DNA of 32,000 nucleotides, taken from Candidatus Nitrosopumilus koreensis AR1 (GTDB taxonomy: Archaea > Thermoproteota > Nitrososphaeria > Nitrososphaerales > Nitrosopumilaceae). Of this stretch, positions 10,384 through 18,133 are shown piece after piece. Position numbers and translations under genes: made by a program. How positions within the stretch are numbered: the first letter of the stretch is position 1; the number at the start of each line of letters is the position of its first letter. The notes beneath the pieces are model-generated. The model did not search any database. It had not been told where the DNA came from and saw nothing but the letters and a program-made list of their open reading frames with translations. The stretch is from contig NC_018655.1 of assembly GCF_000299365.1 (NCBI RefSeq), forward strand, positions 1,500,001 to 1,532,000. The letters are read 5' to 3'.

Positions 10384-11031
10384 ATGATGGGAGATAGAGA
10401 TTTTCGAACTACCATTCAAAATGCAATAAAATCAATTGGTAATGAATTAGAAATTGATATAGATTCAAAAGATATCCAAACTATACACCTTCAAGAAGTC
10501 GTCCGATGTATGAGACGTTCGTATTATGACAGAATAGATCCTCAAGAAATTGAAAGGAGGGGATTCAACGAGCTTCTTTCAGGATTATTAAGAAAATTGC
10601 AATATGGTAGCGACCCAAAGAATTTTGATATTAATGATATCAAACTCCAAGGACAAGCAGATATGATTGTAGATGATGCAATTCTTTTATTCAGATCAGC
10701 TACTGAAGAATTAGAAAACCCTCATGCAAGTGATGTGTTGTATCTTAATGCATGTATGTGGATATATGACAAAGAAGACGGAATTATTGTATACATTACA
10801 GGAGATAGAAAAGAAACAACATTCTCATTAACACGTAACAAAAAGATGTTTGAAGACACTATACGTAGAGTGAGAGTGTTAAACAATCTACTCAAAGAAC
10901 AAAAAGTACCAATCTTAGAGCCATCTACTGAATGTAGTGAGTGTCAATATTATGAAAGATGTTTTACAAAAAAGAAGAATACTAAACAGGTATCCCTATC
11001 AGAGATGTTAGGACTAGGCAAAAAAGATTAA
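10384..11031 (+). CDS. Cas4-like (PD-(D/E)XK-superfamily) iron-sulfur protein, possibly catalytically inactive
   Basis: 215 aa; N-terminal VRCMRRSYYDR, GQADMIVDDAI, C-terminal CSECQYYERCF (Cx2Cx5C). This cysteine layout is typical of Cas4/AddB-type Fe-S nucleases. Confidence 0.6.
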   Translation: MMGDRDFRTTIQNAIKSIGNELEIDIDSKDIQTIHLQEVVRCMRRSYYDRIDPQEIERRGFNELLSGLLRKLQYGSDPKNFDINDIKLQGQADMIVDDAILLFRSATEELENPHASDVLYLNACMWIYDKEDGIIVYITGDRKETTFSLTRNKKMFEDTIRRVRVLNNLLKEQKVPILEPSTECSECQYYERCFTKKKNTKQVSLSEMLGLGKKD

Positions 11032-11054
11032 CCTAGATAAATGAAAAATATTGT

Positions 11055-11071
11055 AAAGGAAAAATTCCTTT
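11055..11071. terminator. Short perfect hairpin between convergent ORFs, possible bidirectional terminator
   Basis: AAAGGAA-AAA-TTCCTTT (7-bp stem, 3-nt loop) between the stops at 11031 (+) and 11074 (-). Confidence 0.25.
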
Positions 11072-11073
11072 GT

Positions 11074-11184
11074 TTAATCTAGTGGTTCAGGGTGTCCTTT
11101 ACCACGAAGAGCGAAACACACTACTGCTAGTGCAATTGCGACTCCTGCTGCTGCGCCGAATGCGGCCATTCCTGCTTCTGCCAT
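11074..11184 (-). CDS. Unannotated 36-aa Ala-rich single-TM protein
   Basis: Manual translation: MAEAGMAAFGAAAGVAIALAVVCFALRGKGHPEPLD*. TATA-like TTATAAAAG about 30 nt upstream fits a leaderless mRNA. Confidence 0.6.
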   Translation of the reverse strand: MAEAGMAAFGAAAGVAIALAVVCFALRGKGHPEPLD

Positions 11185-11273
11185 TTGATAAAAGCCCAAT
11201 GAAATGGCTTTTATAACTTTGCCAATATTTTGCTTCTAAAAACAAATTATCATAATTTTAAAATTTTATGATA

Positions 11274-11828
11274 CTATTGGGTAAATTCAAAATGAAGTTG
11301 GTTTTCTTGTCCACTTGTCATAGAACTCAAATTGTAAAACACATCACCAGAAACTTTCCAAGTATTAGCGTTAGATTCAAAAGCAGACCACAATTCAGGA
11401 GTATTACCAGAATTTCTCAACACAATTTCATCTCGCAATATGATAGAATTTTCACCAAGCAAAGTATAGTAGTTTGAACCGAATTCAACCATTCCTTCAG
11501 CCCTATGTCCAATTTGACCTCCACCTATTTGCTCAGATTCAGAATACCCTGTCTCAAATAATTGATAATCCATAGTTGTAACAATCATAGAACGAGTGTT
11601 AGGATTTGAAATTTTAAATGCGATATCAATTGTAGCAGAACGCTCTGATATTTTTGAAACATTAATCTCTTCTAATGTAATTTGAAGAGGTTCTACTTGG
11701 GAAGCAATTGGAGTGTTACCGGTTTGTTCTTTAGATTCTAAAGTAATTGAGGGTCCCATCAAAAGAATACCACCTAATACGGCAGCAAGTGCTGCAATTG
11801 CAATTCCAACAAAAACCTTAGGATTCAT
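11274..11828 (-). CDS. Membrane-anchored LEA14-like (LEA_2/WHy-type) domain protein
   Basis: 184 aa; N-terminal TM helix VGIAIAALAAVLGGILLMG, then ITLEEINVSKISERSATIDIAFKISNPNTRSMIVTTMDYQLF, resembling the LEA14 beta-sandwich. Confidence 0.5.
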   Translation of the reverse strand: MNPKVFVGIAIAALAAVLGGILLMGPSITLESKEQTGNTPIASQVEPLQITLEEINVSKISERSATIDIAFKISNPNTRSMIVTTMDYQLFETGYSESEQIGGGQIGHRAEGMVEFGSNYYTLLGENSIILRDEIVLRNSGNTPELWSAFESNANTWKVSGDVFYNLSSMTSGQENQLHFEFTQ

Positions 11829-11897
11829 AATTTTGAAGACTCTTTAGATATCTTAAATGTTGAGATAGTTATTATACCATTGGGAGTAGAAAAAATT

Positions 11898-12248
11898 ATG
11901 CAGTATTTTCAAGCAGTACAACAGGGAAAACAACGAGCAGGGAAATCACAAATGAAGATGTTTAAAGCAGCAGGGTTTGGAATGCTAACTTTAACTACTA
12001 AAAAAATTGATGGTAATTTTCAGCCTGTTGGAGATGAAGATTTTACTGCAGTAATCAATTCGCCAGAAGGATATGTAGCTATAATTGTAGACAATGATGG
12101 ATACACAAAAGCTCAATCAAAGGCAGTAGAAAAGGAAGAGGCTCTATCAATTTACAAAAAACTCAGAGAATTAGGAATGGATGAATATGCAGGAAAAGAG
12201 ATTCAGATTTGGTCAGAGACAAGACCTACAATTCAAAATGAATCTTAA
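11898..12248 (+). CDS. Conserved hypothetical protein
   Basis: ORF 11880..12248; likely ATG start at 11898 (MQYFQAVQQGKQRAGKSQMKMFKAAGFGMLTLTTKKIDG...). Confidence 0.6.
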   Translation: MQYFQAVQQGKQRAGKSQMKMFKAAGFGMLTLTTKKIDGNFQPVGDEDFTAVINSPEGYVAIIVDNDGYTKAQSKAVEKEEALSIYKKLRELGMDEYAGKEIQIWSETRPTIQNES

Positions 12249-12253
12249 AAAAA

Positions 12254-12937
12254 TTATTTTGTTGGAATAATTATCTCAGTTCCCAAATTGCTACCCTTAA
12301 TGGCTTTTTCTATAATTTTTGGGCTGGCTTTAAGAATTCGTGTTTTAATTTTTGAGCGCTCAATGATTTTTAGAGCAACTATATCCATCAAATCATATCC
12401 TCCAGCAATTGAATCCTCATGAACTAACATATTTTTGAGATTTTTTAGTTCAATTCGTTTGAATTTTTTTGCTTTTTTGAATTTGTTTGGATCCATGTCA
12501 TAGACTCCATCAACATCAGTAGCGTTAAGAAATTGCTCAGCTTTTACTTTTTCAGCAATCAATGCTGCAGTACCATTTGTACTTTGACCAGGATGTAACC
12601 CTCCTGTAACAACAATTAATCCATCATCTACGGCATGTCTAACTTCTTGAAGAGTGGTTGGTGGATGAGAATATGCCTTATTTTTTAGAGCATAAATCAA
12701 GAGTTTTGCATTTAGTCGAGAAATCTCAATTCCTAATTCATCAAGAGTTGATTCATCTGCACCAGATGATCTTGCATGATTAATGTAATGTCTAGCTATA
12801 TTTCCACCTCCAGCAACAATGATAGGCTGACAAACTTTGCTGATTTTTACTAAGAATTCTGCCCAATCTTTTAGAAGTTTAACATTATCCATAGCAAAAA
12901 CTCTACCAGATAATTTGATTACAATTCTTTTTTTCAT
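12254..12937 (-). CDS. pyrH: UMP kinase (amino-acid-kinase family, archaeal type)
   Basis: 227 aa; [60 protein letters not shown]. Confidence 0.88.
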   Translation of the reverse strand: MKKRIVIKLSGRVFAMDNVKLLKDWAEFLVKISKVCQPIIVAGGGNIARHYINHARSSGADESTLDELGIEISRLNAKLLIYALKNKAYSHPPTTLQEVRHAVDDGLIVVTGGLHPGQSTNGTAALIAEKVKAEQFLNATDVDGVYDMDPNKFKKAKKFKRIELKNLKNMLVHEDSIAGGYDLMDIVALKIIERSKIKTRILKASPKIIEKAIKGSNLGTEIIIPTK

Positions 12938-14168
12938 TCTAGTTCACCAATGATGGATTTTGCGGCAATTTCAACTTTTTTTCTGTTCTTTTGAGAGGTA
13001 TAGATTCTAAGAATGTTCATGAATCCCGAAATAGCAGAAACAACAGGAATTTCTGATATAGGCATCTCTTTTGCAGAAGATTTTCCGTTCTCGTTTGTGA
13101 TCAGAATAACAGATTTTGATTCATTTTTGGATGGTGCAAGTGGAATTGAAGGTGTAACTGAGCTATCAACAAAAATCTCATTTTCTGAAACTTTGGATTT
13201 TTTAGAAATGATAGTTCTTAGTTCGTTTGTTTTTGTTTTCTTTAGATTTTTTCTACTTGTTAGAATACTCTCAAATACACATTTTAACAATTTTCTATTT
13301 TGGTAGTCTTGTGCAAATTTTCTTGCTCGTTTCAATTTAGAAGATTTTGATGATATTAAACTAGAAAGAATGTATTCGTCTGTTAGTTGGATAAATTCAT
13401 CTATGCTAAAAGTGGAAAATCCAAATTCATCATCTGAAGATCTTAATGCCTCAAGTAACATAACTTCAGCTGCTCTGACGGTCTTATGAAAATAAACTGC
13501 TTTGAACATTTGATATCTTGAATGCATCATTGATTCAAAAGAGTACAATGCTGAACGTTCTAAGGCAAGTTTCTTTTTATTAACATCAAGGGATTGTGTA
13601 ATTCTTTTATGATCAATTTTTGCATGTTCTGCTCCTGTAAAATATCCATCTCTAAGTAAATAATCCATCATATCTGCACTAAGAGCGCCTGAAACAATTT
13701 CGTTTAGGTATTGAAATTTTGAATCACCAAACGCAATTTTTGTTACAAGTTTTTTATCAAATCCATTTTTTGTCAAGATGTCACCAATTTCAGATTTTAA
13801 AATAATCTCTTTGCCAAAATCTTCATGAGAGATTTTCTTTTCTTGAATTATCTCTTCAAATAAATGTGAAAATGGTCCATGACCAATATCATGTAAAAGA
13901 CCTGCTAATCGTAGGATCTCAATATCATCAGATTTGAGAAATCCTTTCTCATTTAATGTGTGACCTGCCTGACTTGCAATATGCATAACTCCAAGAGAGT
14001 GTTCGAATCTTGTATGCTGAGCAGCAGGGTATGTTAGATGAGCTCCAGATAGTTGTCTTATTCTTCTTAATCTCTGAAAAATCGGATTATCAATTATGGA
14101 TAATTCATGGTCATATACTCGTATAAAATCATGAATCGGATCTATTATGTCTAGATAATTTTTTTCAT
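12934..14168 (-). CDS. HD-domain phosphohydrolase (COG1078/SAMHD1-like); apparent frameshift at an A7 tract next to the start
   Basis: Track ORF 12934..13986 contains [18 protein letters not shown]. Homology-like sequence continues upstream in the same frame ([55 protein letters not shown]), but no ATG/GTG/TTG lies in frame before M13986. The ATG at 14168-14166 overlaps the tmk TGA. Confidence 0.75.
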
Positions 14169-14746
14169 AGTCCTATTTTCTTTGAAAATGTTTTCATAAT
14201 TTCTTCATGTACTTCTTGTTTAGGTTTTGACGCATCGATTATTTTCCAATGTTTTTTCTTTGCAGTATTTTTATAGATTTTAGAAATTTTTCTCAAAAAT
14301 TCTTTATTTTTTTCAAATTTATCTCGGTTGGTTTTTTGTCGGTTAAAAGATTCTTTTTGAGTTACATCAAGCAAGATCACCAGATCTGCTTTTGGCAACC
14401 CTGCATCTAGATTTTCTAACCATTTTTGTTTCATACCATTGGCCAAACCATAGATGAGGTTTGAATGATAATATCTATTCATTATAAGAACAGAATTTTT
14501 TTCTTGTGCATCTAATATTTGGTCTAATTTTTCCCACCTATTTGCAGCTAAAAGACAATGAATTACTTGTGGTGGAAATTTTCTTTTTCCATCAAGATAT
14601 TTTCTAATTTCTTTTCCAACAGGAGTGGTATAGTCTGGAAAATGAAATAGTTTAGTTTTGATTTTCCTTTTTTTGAGTGCTTTTTCTAACATAGTTGATT
14701 GTGTTAATTTTCCTGCTTGATCTCCGCCTTCAATTACAATTATCAT
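14165..14746 (-). CDS. tmk: Thymidylate kinase-like protein (divergent)
   Basis: 193 aa; MIIVIEGGDQAGKLTQSTML, FPDYTTPVGKEIRKYL, NRYYHSNLIYG. Confidence 0.78.
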   Translation of the reverse strand: MIIVIEGGDQAGKLTQSTMLEKALKKRKIKTKLFHFPDYTTPVGKEIRKYLDGKRKFPPQVIHCLLAANRWEKLDQILDAQEKNSVLIMNRYYHSNLIYGLANGMKQKWLENLDAGLPKADLVILLDVTQKESFNRQKTNRDKFEKNKEFLRKISKIYKNTAKKKHWKIIDASKPKQEVHEEIMKTFSKKIGL

Positions 14747-14845
14747 AAGTTATCAGAACAGAGAAATTAATTAATTAAAAATCTATCAAAGCAAATTCTT
14801 GAGAATTTACGAATTGTTTAATATCTTCGTAAAATAATTCAAGAT

Positions 14846-14968
14846 ATGGCTGAAAAGTACACATGTCCTTATTGCGAATCAATTTTTGAGAGTAAAGATG
14901 ACCTTTCAAAGCATATAGATAGAATTCATGGAGATTCCGGAGTTTTAGAAGGCTCAAAATCATCCTAA
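14846..14968 (+). CDS. 40-aa single C2H2 zinc-finger protein
   Basis: Manual translation: MAEKYTCPYCESIFESKDDLSKHIDRIHGDSGVLEGSKSS*. Cx2Cx12Hx4H. Confidence 0.75.
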   Translation: MAEKYTCPYCESIFESKDDLSKHIDRIHGDSGVLEGSKSS

Positions 14969-15032
14969 ACTTTTTTGTTTTTCCAAAATTTCCATTAAGG
15001 TTTATAACCAAAAATTTGCCACATAACACGAA

Positions 15033-15413
15033 ATGGGACTAGTAAAAGAAGTGATAAAAGAGATCGGAAACAAATCACGAGAATTCTATGAGTTTGTTTT
15101 ACCACCAATTGATATGTATCTTAATTCGGATAATCTTAAAGTAATTATTGACATTCCAGGATTCTCAAAAAAAGACATCAAACTTACTTTATGTGGAGAT
15201 ATTCTTTCAATTCAATCATGCAAAAAAGTAGATGAGAAAGAATCTGAATCATTGATTTTAAAACAGAGACCAAATATCATTGATAAAAAAATTAGACTTC
15301 CAATAGATATCAAACAAGGAGAAGAAAAAATTGATTCAGCAAAATACGAAGATGGTGTGTTAACGCTTGTAATTCCTGTAACCAAGAAAGGAAAAGATAT
15401 CTCAATAGAATAA
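15033..15413 (+). CDS. Small heat shock protein (Hsp20 / alpha-crystallin family)
   Basis: 126 aa; PPIDMYLNSDNLKVIIDIPGFSKKDIKLTLCGDILSI...KKIRLPIDI...SAKYEDGVLTLVIP. TTTATAAC about 30 nt upstream of the ATG. Confidence 0.92.
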   Translation: MGLVKEVIKEIGNKSREFYEFVLPPIDMYLNSDNLKVIIDIPGFSKKDIKLTLCGDILSIQSCKKVDEKESESLILKQRPNIIDKKIRLPIDIKQGEEKIDSAKYEDGVLTLVIPVTKKGKDISIE

Positions 15414-15414
15414 A

Positions 15415-16959
15415 CTAGTGTTTTCTAAAAATTGCAGAGCATATCATTATCAAACCAGAAGTAAGCATTCCAGTCATTCCTAGAACTTCATTTGTTTGGT
15501 ATAACAATACAGAACCAACAAAAATTGCGGATGCAAAAATACTTCCACCAAGAAAGACCATAGGTTTCTTTTTTTGCATAAAGATTTCAGCTTCATCCAT
15601 AAATTTTTCCATTTCAGGTCCTAATCGTAATGCAGAATCAATTGATTTAGAAAATTTTTCAAATGAAATCTTTAATTCTTCAACATAAGCTTTTGGGATC
15701 ATGTTTTCTTCTTGCAGTATGTTTCGCAAGACTTTGACAAACTTGAAATCAACATCATGTGTTTTGTAAATCCCTTCAATAATTGATGCCATTCTCATGT
15801 ACAAAGCTAGGTTTTTTGGTAAAACGAAAGGAAATTTGCTCATCGTTTGATTTGCAAGTTCCATTAGGCTTTGAACTTCCATCTCATCAGGTTTGTTTCC
15901 ATACATTGCACGAATTGATAATTCAATACCTTTTTCGATAACTTGTCTATTGTATCCAGGAGTAAGCATTCCTAATTCTGCCATTGCATTGACTACTCTA
16001 GGAGGATTTTTTTCAACTAATGCAAGATACAGCCTAATGAGTTTGTATCTTGTTTCATTATTTATTCTCCCTACCATTCCATAGTCATATAGAATCAGTT
16101 TTCCATCATCAGTTACTGAAATATTTCCTGGATGAGGATCTGCATGGAAAATGGAATGTTTGAGAAGCATTGTAAAAAAGACCTTATGGACATCAATCAC
16201 TAATTGCTCTCTGTCAACACCTTTCTCATCAAGTGCTTGCACATTTGTAACCTTGATTCCAGGCAAATATTCCATAGTTAGAACGTTTTTTGATGAATAT
16301 TCGTCATAAACGGAGGGAACTAGCACTTTATCATTATTTTCCATATCTTGTTTGATTTTTTTCAGATTCTCAGATTCGTTTGTATAGTCCATCTCTTCAC
16401 GAATGGTTTCAATGAATTGAGATAGCATGGCTTTTGCAGAATATCTAAGATTGGGATCAACAAATCTCAAAGCTAGTGGCAAAATTTTCTTTAAGACTTT
16501 GAGGTCTTCTCGTACAATTTCTTCAATACCAGGTCTTTTTACTTTAATGACGATTTGCTGACCAGAGATAGAACCACGATACACTTGTCCTAAAGATGCA
16601 CCAGATATAGAATTTGTATCAATATCGTCAAATTTTTCATTAATTGGTCCCAAATCTTTTTCGATGATTGGTTTTACTTGTTCAAATGGAGCAGATGGTA
16701 CACTATCTTGTAATTTAGATAATTCTTCAAGATATGGTTGAGGCAGAATGTCTGCTCTAGAAGATAGCCATTGTCCTAGTTTGATGTATACAGGTCCCAA
16801 AGAAACAAAAGTGTCAAGAGCTTTTCGTGCATTTTTTCTAAATTGTTCAGAATCTATTGTATTTTTTTCTTGTTGTGCCCATTTTTTTCTATCTTTACGT
16901 AGAGCCAAAATAGATGGCAAGAGTTTGACCAATACATAAATTGTTCTTCCAGCAGACAT
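15415..16959 (-). CDS. ABC1/UbiB/AarF family atypical kinase, membrane anchored
   Basis: 514 aa; YIKLGQWLSSRADILPQPYLEELSKLQD (KxGQ), GASLGQVYRG, FHADPHPGNISVTDDGKLILYDYGMVG; C-terminal TM helices. Confidence 0.93.
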   Translation of the reverse strand: MSAGRTIYVLVKLLPSILALRKDRKKWAQQEKNTIDSEQFRKNARKALDTFVSLGPVYIKLGQWLSSRADILPQPYLEELSKLQDSVPSAPFEQVKPIIEKDLGPINEKFDDIDTNSISGASLGQVYRGSISGQQIVIKVKRPGIEEIVREDLKVLKKILPLALRFVDPNLRYSAKAMLSQFIETIREEMDYTNESENLKKIKQDMENNDKVLVPSVYDEYSSKNVLTMEYLPGIKVTNVQALDEKGVDREQLVIDVHKVFFTMLLKHSIFHADPHPGNISVTDDGKLILYDYGMVGRINNETRYKLIRLYLALVEKNPPRVVNAMAELGMLTPGYNRQVIEKGIELSIRAMYGNKPDEMEVQSLMELANQTMSKFPFVLPKNLALYMRMASIIEGIYKTHDVDFKFVKVLRNILQEENMIPKAYVEELKISFEKFSKSIDSALRLGPEMEKFMDEAEIFMQKKKPMVFLGGSIFASAIFVGSVLLYQTNEVLGMTGMLTSGLIMICSAIFRKH

Positions 16960-16962
16960 TGC

Positions 16963-17346
16963 TTACTCCAAATAGTCTTTGACCTTTTTTGATGCAACAT
17001 ATCCAATGTATCCTGAGATAATTGATGAAACTAATCCAGATGTTAAAGAAAGTTTTTTTGAATTATTGTTAAAAACAGATTTTGCAATTTTAGTTCCTCC
17101 AAAAATTGCACAAGCTAAACCAATCAAAACTTCAGGTGCATCATAAACAAGGTGACCAACAGGATCTTTTCTTGGATCAATTTTATCAGTATGTACTAGA
17201 AATTTGTCATTATATTCTCTAATGTGTAAATTACCATAACGATATTGTTTTAATGCTCCATTTTTTTGTCCCAGAATAGTTTCTTCTGCTCCGCCAATCA
17301 TAAATTCACGTAATTCTTTTGGAACTTCAATCTCATCAAATGGCAT
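16963..17346 (-). CDS. Conserved hypothetical protein with C-terminal hydrophobic region
   Basis: 127-aa ORF abutting the UbiB-like gene; MPFDEIEVPKELREFMIGGAEETILGQKNGALKQYRYGNLHIREY. Confidence 0.6.
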   Translation of the reverse strand: MPFDEIEVPKELREFMIGGAEETILGQKNGALKQYRYGNLHIREYNDKFLVHTDKIDPRKDPVGHLVYDAPEVLIGLACAIFGGTKIAKSVFNNNSKKLSLTSGLVSSIISGYIGYVASKKVKDYLE

Positions 17347-17401
17347 GATCGCAAGATCTAGTAATTGCTTATATTTTTAGTGTAAAAGACAAAATTCTAA
17401 A

Positions 17402-17599
17402 TTAATCTTTGAGCCTGTCTTTTGTAAAAATTACAAAACTAATACTAAAGGCTATGAGCATAGCAATTCCAGGAATATACGCATAGTTGAATCCAACTCC
17501 AGGATGGGTTTGTTGGTGATAGTTATTGATAAGAAATGTAACAACTAACAAAATAGAACCAATTATTGTTAGTTTTCTATGAATTTCCACTAAATTCAT
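17402..17599 (-). CDS. Small two-TM membrane protein
   Basis: 65-aa ORF; RKLTIIGSILLVVTFLINNYH and GIAMLIAFSISFVIFTKDR. Confidence 0.55.
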   Translation of the reverse strand: MNLVEIHRKLTIIGSILLVVTFLINNYHQQTHPGVGFNYAYIPGIAMLIAFSISFVIFTKDRLKD

Positions 17600-17761
17600 A
17601 ATTTTGATAGTTACTATATGAATTTAGAAAAAAATTACAATAGTGGGGTCGTAATAAATCCCACAATACTACCAGCTAGAAATAGAAATATTCCCTTTGC
17701 CATATAGATTCCCAATATAATATCAGACAATTATGATATAAGTTTTGAATTGATTTTCAGA

Positions 17762-18094
17762 TCAGGGATTAGATTTCATTTCAGATAATTTTTGGATTAC
17801 CTGTTCGAGTTCTGCTTTATTGTCACGAATTACTCGTTTTACAACTTCAATTTCTTCATTAAGCCTTTCTAGTTGTTCATTATCAGAATTTTTTATTTGG
17901 TTTTCTAAATCTGCTAAAACTTGTTTATTATACTGATTAATTTTTTCTAATTCATTTTTGTAGTTCTCCAAATTTGTATATTGATTTGAAATTTTAGGAA
18001 TATCTGCAATTTCTTGATTTGTGATAAAACCAGAAACAGCAACAACGGCCCCTATCACTAACACTGAAATAATAACAATAATACTTAGTCTCAT
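17762..18094 (-). CDS. N-terminally anchored coiled-coil protein
   Basis: 110 aa; one TM helix (LSIIVIISVLVIGAVVAVSGFI) then heptad-rich ENYKNELEKINQYNKQVLADLENQIKNSDNEQLERLNEEIEVVKR. Confidence 0.6.
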   Translation of the reverse strand: MRLSIIVIISVLVIGAVVAVSGFITNQEIADIPKISNQYTNLENYKNELEKINQYNKQVLADLENQIKNSDNEQLERLNEEIEVVKRVIRDNKAELEQVIQKLSEMKSNP

Positions 18095-18133
18095 TTTGAA
18101 TCGTTCTCTAGTCTACAGATAAAGATTAAAAAT

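Noticed and set aside
10384-11031. Possible CRISPR-Cas locus suggested by the Cas4-like protein
   Set aside because: No direct repeat/spacer array and no cas1, cas2 or effector genes on either side; flanks are ATP synthase and housekeeping genes.
11182-11208. Inverted repeat GCCATTT...AAATGGC upstream of the 36-aa ORF as an operator
   Set aside because: It overlaps the start codon and TATA region and is only 7 bp. Too weak to call without comparative data.
12934-14746. Novel anti-phage defence island based on the HD phosphohydrolase
   Set aside because: Neighbours are core nucleotide metabolism genes with no mobile element or other defence markers. Retained only as a speculative link in findings.
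17599-17762. tRNA or structured RNA in the largest small-gene gap
   Set aside because: No tRNA-like cloverleaf or GTTCRA-type TPsiC box visible; AT-rich sequence better explained by a micro-ORF or promoter.
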